Below, in pieces: positions 8,099-15,639 of a DNA stretch of 26,739 nt (its first letter is position 1; each line of letters opens with the position of its first letter). The stretch spans positions 1-26,739 of IMG/VR virus record IMGVR_UViG_3300025886_000131. One strand, written 5' to 3'. The stretch comes from a virus. Lineage: Duplodnaviria; Caudoviricetes. A program made the position numbers and the translations under genes. Below the pieces are notes generated by a model, which was given only the letters and a program-made list of their open reading frames with translations, was not told the DNA's origin and did no database searches.

Positions 8099-8290
8099 TT
8101 ACAAGCGTTCTATTATTTCATCTAATTGGTCAGTGTTGTGTAATTGGCAGTTATTATAAGCGAAATCCTTTAAATCTTCAACCGCTTGTAACTTCCCTTC
8201 GGTATTGCTAACAACGGGTAAAATTAATTCTTTAACTACCTTTATAAAAGCCTCCTTAGTCATTGCCATAACAACATCGCCATCTACCAT
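8099..8290 (-). CDS. Cassette-associated hypothetical protein
   Basis: Crosses the half-site at 8206-8227 (LILPVVSN). Confidence 0.55.
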   Translation of the reverse strand: MVDGDVVMAMTKEAFIKVVKELILPVVSNTEGKLQAVEDLKDFAYNNCQLHNTDQLDEIIERL

Positions 8291-8907
8291 AGTTGTTGGT
8301 TTAGTAATTCTTTTTCTTTTTTAAGTTCATTACTCATGTTTCTATATATAGTTCTGCTAGAACACTTTAAAGTTTCAGCTAACTTAACCATAGTTATAAT
8401 TTCGTTTTCGTGGTTAATAAAAATCATAGCATCGTATATTTCACTGCTGGATATTTTAGATCTACCTACTAGCTTACCTACTATAGAGAGCTTTTGTCGC
8501 ATATCAAGACCGCTATAATCCTTAAAGATTACTTTACGTAACTTATTAGGAGGAGGTGTTTCGAGATCCATTAAAGACACATCGTATATCATGCTTTGTA
8601 GTAGTTGCTCTGAAACTTTAAACGTAACAAATCCTGCTTTCTTATTACATATATACTTAGACATCGCTTCAAAGCCTTCTTGATCCATCTGAGGATTCAA
8701 GTACCATAATACATACAAATGCCATTTAAGACTCCTATATGTATTGATTTTAGCTTTAGAATTAAATAGTGTATAGCATTGACGTGTACCCGCTTCGTAG
8801 TAATTACCCCAATCAAATACTTCTGTTGGTTTGTCATCTACTGGATCACATCTATAGAATATCCTATGACGATCTAAATATGATGTATCTCTTGTATAAT
8901 GCGACAT
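8284..8907 (-). CDS. DNA-binding protein with C-terminal helix-turn-helix
   Basis: ITMVKLAETLKCSSRTIYRNM HTH pattern; start codon lies inside a 52 bp palindrome. Confidence 0.65.
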   Translation of the reverse strand: MSHYTRDTSYLDRHRIFYRCDPVDDKPTEVFDWGNYYEAGTRQCYTLFNSKAKINTYRSLKWHLYVLWYLNPQMDQEGFEAMSKYICNKKAGFVTFKVSEQLLQSMIYDVSLMDLETPPPNKLRKVIFKDYSGLDMRQKLSIVGKLVGRSKISSSEIYDAMIFINHENEIITMVKLAETLKCSSRTIYRNMSNELKKEKELLNQQLW

Positions 8908-8949
8908 TAGCCTCTTACTATTAAATAATTAACAAGCTATCGTCACACT
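8898..8949 (-). promoter_or_regulatory. Palindromic element, copy C
   Basis: Minus strand AGTGTGACGATAGCTTGTTAATTATTTAATAGTAAGAGGCTAATGTCGCATT; homologous to 15882 and 17263. Confidence 0.7.
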
Positions 8950-9011
8950 TTCGTTTCGATGCTTCAGTTGTTTGTTTTGGCGGAATCATAATATTTATTG
9001 AAAATAAATAA

Positions 9012-9284
9012 TTACCGGTCATTCAATCGTTTTTGCAGCACCTCTATCTGATCATTAATTTGAGGTACTAATTCATACTGCTCTGTTGCTATGTACTCCA
9101 ATCGTTTAGCTCTAAGTACATTTAACTCCTCTTCTAAAGTTAAATATGCTTTAGGCTTTTTACCAGAATACTTATCCATTTGTATTTCGAAGTCAGCATC
9201 CCACTGTTGTTGCTTTTCAACTAACTTCTCCATTACTTTTGTTGAAACTACTTCTGCTAACTTTTCAATTTGTTTATCAGTCAT
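9012..9284 (-). CDS. Hypothetical coiled-coil protein, possible C-terminal UVR-like motif
   Basis: ATEQYELVPQINDQIEVL resembles the UvrB/C motif; directly downstream of a class I promoter. Confidence 0.55.
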   Translation of the reverse strand: MTDKQIEKLAEVVSTKVMEKLVEKQQQWDADFEIQMDKYSGKKPKAYLTLEEELNVLRAKRLEYIATEQYELVPQINDQIEVLQKRLNDR

Positions 9285-9297
9285 TTTTTATATTTAT

Positions 9298-9333
9298 TAT
9301 ATTATCTATTGCCGCTCGTAGCGGTTCCGTATT
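9298..9333 (-). promoter_or_regulatory. Class I promoter-like motif
   Basis: ACGA-N9-GATAATATA with upstream TACGGAA variant. Confidence 0.65.
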
Positions 9334-9802
9334 ACTTTGCTCTTAATATTATGCTTTCGTTAGCATTTCTTACTGTGTGTTTTTCGTTTTCGTAATAATT
9401 CCAGTACGCATCTACACTACATTCAGTTTTATATTCGTCAGGCATACACTGTGGAGGTTGCGTAAACGCTTGGTTACTAATACGCTTAGGAAAAGTGTAT
9501 AGCACATCACGACATTTACTTATTGTTAAATGCTGTTTGCCGTAACGTTTAGTATACTCTTCGCCTAGTGCTAACATATGTTCGTAAGCCCAGAAGTAAT
9601 TTTCAGCAGAAGCTCGTACCCACACTGCGGACGGATGGTTTTTGTGTGTCGCTTTGTAAGGTACATCTGCTTCTTCTTCATCTAATATAATATGTGCAGT
9701 GCATAGTAATTGAGCTGTTTCAAGGATCATCTTTACTACATGCTTATTATATTGTACTTGTGCTGCTTTTTTAGGACAGTGAGATAGATAGAATATATTC
9801 AT
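9332..9802 (-). CDS. Pyrimidine-dimer DNA glycosylase-like (DenV-related) protein
   Basis: MNIFYL..., KHVVKMILETAQLLCTAH, YKATHKNHPSAVW, PPQCMPDEYK pattern. Confidence 0.7.
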   Translation of the reverse strand: MNIFYLSHCPKKAAQVQYNKHVVKMILETAQLLCTAHIILDEEEADVPYKATHKNHPSAVWVRASAENYFWAYEHMLALGEEYTKRYGKQHLTISKCRDVLYTFPKRISNQAFTQPPQCMPDEYKTECSVDAYWNYYENEKHTVRNANESIILRAK

Positions 9803-9804
9803 AG

Positions 9805-10023
9805 TTATCTTGTAAATTTAAAGTCGTTCTTAATATACTTGTTAAAGAATCTACCCTTAGATCTTGCTTCGATTAAACCATTAAAGACATGGTAAGGAAC
9901 TCCCTCGTAAGTATAAACAGCTGATGGTAAATCAAGTGATAAGTTTTTAGATTCGTAGTTGTATTCTGCGCATTGTACAGCGCTTGAGTCAAATTCAAAA
10001 TAGCCTTTGGTATTATTGTTCAT
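9805..10023 (-). CDS. KTSC domain protein
   Basis: SSAV...YNYESKNL...YTYEGVP...LIEARSKGRFFNKYIK. Confidence 0.8.
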   Translation of the reverse strand: MNNNTKGYFEFDSSAVQCAEYNYESKNLSLDLPSAVYTYEGVPYHVFNGLIEARSKGRFFNKYIKNDFKFTR

Positions 10024-10038
10024 AAGTTTATTGTTTAT

Positions 10039-10074
10039 TATATTATCGTTACTTGTTCGTGTTTAGTTTGTAAA
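10039..10074 (-). promoter_or_regulatory. Class I promoter-like motif
   Basis: TTTACAAAC-N5-ACGA-N9-GATAATATA. Confidence 0.7.
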
Positions 10075-10077
10075 TTA

Positions 10078-10242
10078 TTACTCATAGAATTCGTCTATTG
10101 TTTTATGGTGATAGCCCATAGCTTTAACTATTTCTAACCATAGCTCATGAAGTTCTTCAAGTGTTAAGTCTGAACGATCTACTTGAGTAGATATTTCTTT
10201 ATTATAGTAATTTAATGTTATTTTTAACGGTTCTTTGTGCAT
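10078..10242 (-). CDS. Small hypothetical protein (54 aa)
   Basis: MHKEPLKITLNYYNKEISTQVDRSDLTLEELHELW..., fills the gap between genes. Confidence 0.55.
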   Translation of the reverse strand: MHKEPLKITLNYYNKEISTQVDRSDLTLEELHELWLEIVKAMGYHHKTIDEFYE

Positions 10243-10253
10243 AATTTATTATT

Positions 10254-10859
10254 TTAGTGAAATATTAATCCTACTTTATTTGTTTTATTAAACCATCTAG
10301 TAGCCATTAGATCAGTAGATGAAGCATCGGTATAACCAGCAGAAACAAGATCGCTATGACTAGAAAATATTTTGGTGTGTCTATGTTGTCTCTCATCTAT
10401 TAAATGTTTTTGCTTTCCTGAATCAGAAAATATTATATCATAATTACTTGGCAAAGATGTTTTTAACATCATATCAATCATATTGGTGTAACTGTAAAAC
10501 CGCACGTTCGGATTGTGTATAGCAATCGCGATCCACTTGTTTAAATAAGCGTTAGAATAGTAATCGCCGCTGTCATGCACTCTTACGTAGTCAGGTTTCT
10601 TCTTACGTATTTCAGCATTCATAGCTTCGATAAAGTCATCAGTCTTTGATAACTGGTAACGATTTTCAAACGCTGGTTTTACATTACTCCAGATGTAGGC
10701 TCCTTTCTTAGCGTAACAGAATTTAACACAACTGTCAGCCATGGGGCACGTCAGCTTCCCGCTAGCAGATTTGTAGGCAGGAATACCGAAGTTAAAAACC
10801 CGAAGCCCTAATGCTTTAGATGTTTTTTTAAGTTTGGAATTTTGGGTTAGTAGATTCAT
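10254..10859 (-). CDS. Gp88-like phage protein (three-Cys motif)
   Basis: LLTQNSKLKK, FGIPA, TCPMADSCVKFCYA, VRVHDSGDYY, FYSYT. Confidence 0.7.
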   Translation of the reverse strand: MNLLTQNSKLKKTSKALGLRVFNFGIPAYKSASGKLTCPMADSCVKFCYAKKGAYIWSNVKPAFENRYQLSKTDDFIEAMNAEIRKKKPDYVRVHDSGDYYSNAYLNKWIAIAIHNPNVRFYSYTNMIDMMLKTSLPSNYDIIFSDSGKQKHLIDERQHRHTKIFSSHSDLVSAGYTDASSTDLMATRWFNKTNKVGLIFH

Positions 10860-10971
10860 AATTATTCTTCGTTATCTTTTTTTCGCATTCTCCAGTCAAG
10901 GTATATTGGACCTATAAAAGATGCAGAAAATATGGTTAATAGTACTAGGTTTGTAGTCGTTATCATACAAA

Positions 10972-11007
10972 TATATTATCGATAAGTGATCGTGTTAGTT
11001 TTGTAAC
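10972..11007 (-). promoter_or_regulatory. Class I promoter-like motif
   Basis: GTTACAAAA-N5-ACGA-N9-GATAATATA. Confidence 0.7.
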
Positions 11008-11174
11008 TACCAGCTAGATGGTCTTGTTCTACGTATAATAGCGGTATTAGTTTGAGTATCTATTAGTTTATCAGGAGATACAGAGGCTTGTTTACCGTCT
11101 TCATACTGTATTATGCATAGGTCATAGCCGTGATGTAATAAATCTACGGCTTGTCCTTCGAATCTATAGCTCAT
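11007..11174 (-). CDS. Small hypothetical protein (55 aa)
   Basis: MSYRFEGQAVDLLHHGYDLCIIQYEDGKQASV... Confidence 0.5.
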   Translation of the reverse strand: MSYRFEGQAVDLLHHGYDLCIIQYEDGKQASVSPDKLIDTQTNTAIIRRTRPSSW

Positions 11175-11176
11175 AA

Positions 11177-11440
11177 TTAATCTAATAAAACCATATAGGC
11201 TTCAGTGTTGTTTTTACGAAACCACGTTAATGCTTTTTGAAACTCATTAACCTGCTTTTTTGTTACAGTTTTTGGCGCTACTTCGAATATATAGTTGCTA
11301 CCCATTATATAATCGTAGATAGAGAGCTCGAGAGCGTTAAGTGTATAGCATTCGCCGCTAAAACTGTTAGTAACTTTTTCACCTTTATCATAGATCATAC
11401 CTTGAAACCATTTAGGCACTTTTTGCTCGTTAGTTTTCAT
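11177..11440 (-). CDS. Hypothetical early protein
   Basis: ORF track; tightly packed with neighbours on the same strand. Confidence 0.65.
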   Translation of the reverse strand: MKTNEQKVPKWFQGMIYDKGEKVTNSFSGECYTLNALELSIYDYIMGSNYIFEVAPKTVTKKQVNEFQKALTWFRKNNTEAYMVLLD

Positions 11441-11789
11441 CTTCGTCGCTTATTATGTTAAACAAATTTTCTATACCATCAGATATTTCTTCAGATAATT
11501 GATCGGTATCATTAAATTCTATGCTACCTAAAGCTAGTGAATTGTTGTAGTCAATTTCGAAATCAACCTCATAGCTATCTACGTTACTAAGACTGCTTGC
11601 GTTTATTGATTGTTCTATTACATCTCTAATGTCATTAACAATATCTCTGGTAATTTTTACTTTGTTAACGGCTTCTAATTGGCCTTCAACGATTTTAAGA
11701 TCGTCTTTAACTACTTTAGCGTTTAGTTCTAGCGAGTTTAGTGTAATTTCTAACTCGTTTACTTTGTCTTGTAATTCTGCTTTTGTCAT
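11430..11789 (-). CDS. Hypothetical acidic coiled-coil protein
   Basis: ORF track; heptad-rich N-terminus and acidic C-terminus. Confidence 0.65.
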   Translation of the reverse strand: MTKAELQDKVNELEITLNSLELNAKVVKDDLKIVEGQLEAVNKVKITRDIVNDIRDVIEQSINASSLSNVDSYEVDFEIDYNNSLALGSIEFNDTDQLSEEISDGIENLFNIISDEDEN

Positions 11790-11790
11790 A

Positions 11791-12009
11791 TTATTGGGTT
11801 TTATTTGATTTTTCTATTAATTCGGCAATATACTGCCATACTTTTAATTCTGTTTTATTACCTTCAGCAACTAATACAAATTGCTCACGTGATATGTCAC
11901 CACCGTAGAAGCCACACTCGAGGTCAACCACATCTCGACGGATCTGAAAGTTTAGCATTGAGATCTTAGCGAAAGCTTTGTCGCTAGCTCGGTTGTGTAT
12001 AGCACTCAT
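11791..12009 (-). CDS. Hypothetical early protein
   Basis: ORF track; TAATG overlap with the upstream gene. Confidence 0.6.
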   Translation of the reverse strand: MSAIHNRASDKAFAKISMLNFQIRRDVVDLECGFYGGDISREQFVLVAEGNKTELKVWQYIAELIEKSNKTQ

Positions 12010-12242
12010 TAGTCTTTAACGAATAATTGTTCGCCGAATCGATACATAAACACTGAAACATAACAGTTATCAACGTCGCAGAAAGTCATAATAGACTCGA
12101 CTTCGCCTATAGTAAGATCGCTATAGAACTTGTTATCGATTAAAAGTTTTGTAACTCGAGCTACTGAGTCGGCATATTCTGGGGCGTTACTATTAAGATT
12201 AACTAATAGTTTAGGCTGCAAGCGGTCATAAAGTGTTTTCAT
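12009..12242 (-). CDS. Hypothetical early protein
   Basis: ORF track; first gene after the promoter motif at 12268. Confidence 0.65.
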   Translation of the reverse strand: MKTLYDRLQPKLLVNLNSNAPEYADSVARVTKLLIDNKFYSDLTIGEVESIMTFCDVDNCYVSVFMYRFGEQLFVKD

Positions 12243-12267
12243 TATATTATATTTAGTTTATTACAAT

Positions 12268-12303
12268 TATATTATCGAATATAGTTCGTGTTTATTTTGT
12301 AAT
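12268..12303 (-). promoter_or_regulatory. Class I promoter-like motif
   Basis: ATTACAAAA-N5-ACGA-N9-GATAATATA. Confidence 0.7.
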
Positions 12304-12474
12304 TTTTGTTTGGTTTACTAAGTCATTACCTAACATTTCGTAAGTTTCACCGTCTTCTAATGAACACTCGTTTTTCACGAAATCCCATATTTCTCTGATG
12401 TACTGACCTTCACATCCCGGTTTGTTTTGTTTTTTGAAGTACTCTATAGTATCTTCATTCCAATAGTATTTCAT
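12292..12474 (-). CDS. Hypothetical protein, paralog of 15460..15639
   Basis: Shared YWN..TI..FK and FV...C.LED.ET.EM...DL.N. Confidence 0.65.
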   Translation of the reverse strand: MKYYWNEDTIEYFKKQNKPGCEGQYIREIWDFVKNECSLEDGETYEMLGNDLVNQTKITK

Positions 12475-12614
12475 ATTATTTGAATTTTGCCGCGACTTCG
12501 TATATTTCTTGTCGATCGTCTTTATCTAGGTTGTTGATGTTCAAGCTAGCGTATTGTTTCAGTGCATAGTGTATAAATATGCAATCGCTTTCTGTTAATT
12601 CTATATTTCTCATA

Positions 12615-12935
12615 TTATTTAGTTTTATAAGGTGTTGTTTTTAAGTATGCTGCTTCAAATTCTTGAGACTTTTTATAGTAAAAATCACCAAAGGTGTTTT
12701 CGCCATATAGTTGTTCGTACAAGGTTTTGAATCCAATGTATTGAACTTTTTTGTCGTTTATAAAGAAACCTAATTCTATTTCGCTAATGTCGTGACCATA
12801 CTTTTTACCTATTCCAGGAACTTCTGATACCATACTGTATACTCTTGCTTCTATTTGAAACATACCCTCATCTTTAGTGAATTTAGTGAACACACTAAGA
12901 TCCGTAATTTCATCTACTTTTTTAATTTTACTCAT
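12615..12935 (-). CDS. Hypothetical early protein
   Basis: ORF track, 106 aa. Confidence 0.65.
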   Translation of the reverse strand: MSKIKKVDEITDLSVFTKFTKDEGMFQIEARVYSMVSEVPGIGKKYGHDISEIELGFFINDKKVQYIGFKTLYEQLYGENTFGDFYYKKSQEFEAAYLKTTPYKTK

Positions 12936-12955
12936 TTTACTTGATTTAATTTGTT

Positions 12956-13054
12956 AGTAACTAGTGAGGAATCGAACCTCATACTCGTCAGTAGTATTTG
13001 GTTTGTGGAGTCAAAGCCACAATTATTTTAAGATACCAAACCATACCTAGTTTC
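12956..13054 (-). ncRNA. tRNA-like RNA or degenerate tRNA
   Basis: Perfect T-arm TGAGG-TTCGATT-CCTCA followed by CTAGTT, which pairs with upstream AACTAG; hairpin TTGTGG-CTTTGACT-CCACAA; no canonical D-arm and no CCA. Confidence 0.5.
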
Positions 13055-13206
13055 CGGCTCATTACGTGATCATTAATCGTATCTTTCGCCAATTGCTCTC
13101 ATGCCATAACTCACCACCAATAATGCACCACACCGTATCTCCCCCCTGAGTTCCTAGTTATACTTGCACCTGGATTTTATAGTTCATACCTTGTTGAGCT
13201 TTGTTA

Positions 13207-13437
13207 TTATTCAATTATATTATCGATACCGCTTCGTGTTAGTTCCGCAAGCATTATTGTCACCGCGCCGATCATAACTTCAGAGTGTATAGCACTGTAT
13301 TCTTCGCCGTCTTGAGGAAAATCTTCCAATTGCCAATCAACACTATCTTCCATTAGTTCCAGCGTTACACTGGCAATACCCATTGCGATCTCGTCTAAAG
13401 CTACTGTTCTATCTGTTATTTCCATGTTGTCTTCCAT
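13207..13437 (-). CDS. Hypothetical acidic protein
   Basis: ORF track. Confidence 0.6.
   Translation of the reverse strand: MEDNMEITDRTVALDEIAMGIASVTLELMEDSVDWQLEDFPQDGEEYSAIHSEVMIGAVTIMLAELTRSGIDNIIE
13216..13251 (-). promoter_or_regulatory. Class I promoter-like motif
   Basis: ACGA-N9-GATAATATA with TTGCGGAA variant; upstream of the tRNA-like region. Confidence 0.65.
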
Positions 13438-13462
13438 TTACGTTTTAAATATATATACTTCA

Positions 13463-13759
13463 TTATTGAGGGAATTCTTCTCGCTGAGCGATTGCGGTGT
13501 GAAATGTCCACATGCACTTGTTAATAAATGATAGAGTACTTACCGATGCTTTCTCTATAGAAAAAGTGTATAGCATAGAGTTATAGAATTCCGTTAGGCC
13601 CGGATCGCTTTTGCACCAGTCTTTCTTAAAGCCCTCATAGAAATCACCTTGCATAAAGTTCATACCTATTATTTTACGTTGCTTGTTATACTCTAAGTAT
13701 ATCCACCGATCGTCATCTTCACACCATACGTGTTCTACTTTGTCTATATCGTAATTCAT
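13463..13759 (-). CDS. Hypothetical early protein
   Basis: ORF track; TAATG overlap. Confidence 0.65.
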   Translation of the reverse strand: MNYDIDKVEHVWCEDDDRWIYLEYNKQRKIIGMNFMQGDFYEGFKKDWCKSDPGLTEFYNSMLYTFSIEKASVSTLSFINKCMWTFHTAIAQREEFPQ

Positions 13760-14028
13760 TAGTTCTGACAGTTTTTGTTGTTAAAGTTCATTAAGTGTTG
13801 GATGCGATCAACGTGGTTCGGTATTAATTCTCGCTTGTAGTAATATCCGTGATTACTACTTTCTTTAAGTAATAACTTATTGATTTGGTACACCTGGGTT
13901 TTGTTGCTATAGCGATTAGGATTTTTAGTGCTCACTCTAACATAACCGTTAGTGTAGGTTATTCCGATTCTTCCGTCGTTTAATTCAAAATGTAGTGATC
14001 CGTTTTTAGTAATTTTAAATAGTTTCAT
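13759..14028 (-). CDS. Hypothetical early protein
   Basis: ORF track. Confidence 0.65.
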   Translation of the reverse strand: MKLFKITKNGSLHFELNDGRIGITYTNGYVRVSTKNPNRYSNKTQVYQINKLLLKESSNHGYYYKRELIPNHVDRIQHLMNFNNKNCQN

Positions 14029-14049
14029 AGGTATAGTATTTAGTTATTA

Positions 14050-14229
14050 TTAATTTTTAGGTACGTAAGTTAAGCCTTTATAGTTAAACCACTCTGTAAT
14101 TCCGTCTTGTTCGTCGTATTCATTCCAGATAAAAGCGAATCTTTGTGGTAGATCGCCGATCAAGTATGGTTTGAATACTTTACCGTTTAGACTTATTAGT
14201 TTTGATTTTAGAAATTTTACTTTGTTCAT
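14050..14229 (-). CDS. Hypothetical early protein (59 aa)
   Basis: Start moved to MNKVKFL, just downstream of the promoter motif at 14251. Confidence 0.6.
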   Translation of the reverse strand: MNKVKFLKSKLISLNGKVFKPYLIGDLPQRFAFIWNEYDEQDGITEWFNYKGLTYVPKN

Positions 14230-14250
14230 GATTAGTATTTTAGATTCATA

Positions 14251-14286
14251 TATATTATCGATACCGCATCGTATTAGATTTGTAAT
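14251..14286 (-). promoter_or_regulatory. Class I promoter-like motif
   Basis: ATTACAAAT-N5-ACGA-N9-GATAATATA. Confidence 0.7.
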
Positions 14287-14288
14287 TA

Positions 14289-14504
14289 TTATTTGATCGG
14301 TTCGTTGTAGTGATTCCATAGATTAGTGTGTGAATGGTTTTTGCCTTTACCGCTTGCACCCTTCGACTCCATCTTCCAAGATTTATATTGTTTGTCGGTC
14401 ATTTGACCACATTCTCCACCTTGTTTAACAACATTGTTGCGGTGTATAGCATTCGCCTTCTTCTGGTTTTCAACGTATTCGCACGCTTCTTTCATAGTCA
14501 TCAT
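14289..14504 (-). CDS. Hypothetical early protein
   Basis: ORF track; ATGA overlap. Confidence 0.6.
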   Translation of the reverse strand: MMTMKEACEYVENQKKANAIHRNNVVKQGGECGQMTDKQYKSWKMESKGASGKGKNHSHTNLWNHYNEPIK

Positions 14505-14695
14505 AGTATTCTTTTTAGTTGTTCCTTAATTAACATTATATCTTCGTCGCTTACTAAAACTTCTTCATCGCCTGGTCGATCGTGTATAGTATCGTACATT
14601 GCATCATGAAAGTAGTTACCTACTATCTTATCTAAGCGATTAGCGATCTCTTTAATTTCTTCCCAGGTTAATTTGGTTGTGTTTATATTTCCCAT
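14501..14695 (-). CDS. Hypothetical early protein
   Basis: ORF track. Confidence 0.6.
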   Translation of the reverse strand: MGNINTTKLTWEEIKEIANRLDKIVGNYFHDAMYDTIHDRPGDEEVLVSDEDIMLIKEQLKRIL

Positions 14696-14868
14696 GTTAT
14701 ATCGGTTGGATTATAGTCTCTATCTTCGTAGTCTAATACTGAATGCACTTCGCCTCGGTATTTACTTGCAAATTGTATAGCATCTTCGCGAGTATCGAAG
14801 TCGTAGTGATCTTCGCTATAGTCATCACCATCTTCACTGTGTGTTCTTAATTCTACTGAATATCTCAT
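14683..14868 (-). CDS. Hypothetical acidic protein
   Basis: ORF track; D/E-rich. Confidence 0.6.
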   Translation of the reverse strand: MRYSVELRTHSEDGDDYSEDHYDFDTREDAIQFASKYRGEVHSVLDYEDRDYNPTDITWEI

Positions 14869-14894
14869 AATATTGGTTTTTAGTTATTAATTAT

Positions 14895-14993
14895 TTATTC
14901 TTCATCTTCGTCAAATTCCGCCCACTCTAGGCAATCACCGCATCGATCGGAGTTCAGTAAACTTGGTTCCGCACCGCAACAATTACTCCACAT
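14895..14993 (-). CDS. Small Cys-rich zinc-ribbon-like peptide (32 aa)
   Basis: MWSNCCGAEPSLLNSDRCGDCLEWAEFDEDEE. Confidence 0.6.
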   Translation of the reverse strand: MWSNCCGAEPSLLNSDRCGDCLEWAEFDEDEE

Positions 14994-15303
14994 CGGTAGA
15001 TAGTATTTCACCTAAATGTCTCACATTCGAAGGTAGATTAGTACTTTGACTCCAGTAACCGCGTTTCAACCAATTAGGTAGGATATTTAGTTTAGGTAAC
15101 ATGACCTTTAATACCTCATCGTGATTGTATTTTATGGTTTGACCCTTGTTATTGGTGAAAGTGATTTCTTGATTTCGACCGTACCACGACTTCCGAACTA
15201 CGAAGTTTTTACGTGTTATTGGTGGAAATACCGCTTTTAGTTGTTCCGGTGTTAACTCTTTTAGTAGTTGTTCTTGAGTTTTAATAGTTTGTTCAGTAGA
15301 CAT
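14983..15303 (-). CDS. Hypothetical early protein, paralog of 16248..16565
   Basis: Shared FPPI.RKNFVVRKSW.GRNQ.ITFTNNK and KRGYWSQSTNLP.NVRHL. Confidence 0.8.
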   Translation of the reverse strand: MSTEQTIKTQEQLLKELTPEQLKAVFPPITRKNFVVRKSWYGRNQEITFTNNKGQTIKYNHDEVLKVMLPKLNILPNWLKRGYWSQSTNLPSNVRHLGEILSTDVE

Positions 15304-15357
15304 GATAATTTGGTTTTATAAGTTAATAATTAAATTCGTATTTTGTTAGTATTCATA

Positions 15358-15393
15358 TATATTATCGAACGGTGTTCGTAACGGTTTTGTAAA
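15358..15393 (-). promoter_or_regulatory. Class I promoter-like motif
   Basis: TTTACAAAA-N5-ACGA-N9-GATAATATA. Confidence 0.7.
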
Positions 15394-15459
15394 GATCGAA
15401 GGTGTATATTTATTTTGTAGTATAAATAGTAGAGTAGTTGTAACTCACCTCTTAAGTGC

Positions 15460-15639
15460 TTAAAACACTCGATTTATTAGGTCAATTACGAACATTTCTT
15501 CAGTTTCGTCGTCTTCGAGTATACAATCGATCTCTACGAACTCTGTTATCGCTGCAATTGTTTGTTTTAGGGTTAAATAGTTTGATTCGAACTTAAAATG
15601 CGCTATTGTTTGGTCATTCCAGTAAATTGGCTTCTTCAT
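15460..15639 (-). CDS. Hypothetical protein (59 aa), paralog of 12292..12474
   Basis: MKKPIYWNDQTIAHFKFESNYLTLKQTIAAITEFVEIDCILEDDETEEMFVIDLINRVF. Confidence 0.65.
   Translation of the reverse strand: MKKPIYWNDQTIAHFKFESNYLTLKQTIAAITEFVEIDCILEDDETEEMFVIDLINRVF

Larger units (their letters stand above)
6514..8227. mobile_element. Array of attC-like sites and gene cassettes without an integrase (CALIN-like)
   Basis: Six imperfect inverted repeats bounded by ...AAC and GTT... boxes plus two half-sites; the intervening segments have self-complementary ends. Confidence 0.65.

Noticed and set aside
12956-13160. tmRNA or canonical tRNA call
   Set aside because: No G3.U70 alanine identity pair, no CCA, no D-arm, an 8 nt anticodon-like loop and no convincing tag ORF; kept only as tRNA-like.
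1618-14609. Plus-strand and nested ORFs in the left arm (e.g. 1638..1943, 2623..2946, 5801..6139, 14334..14609)
   Set aside because: They are shadows of well-supported minus-strand genes and have no recognisable motifs.
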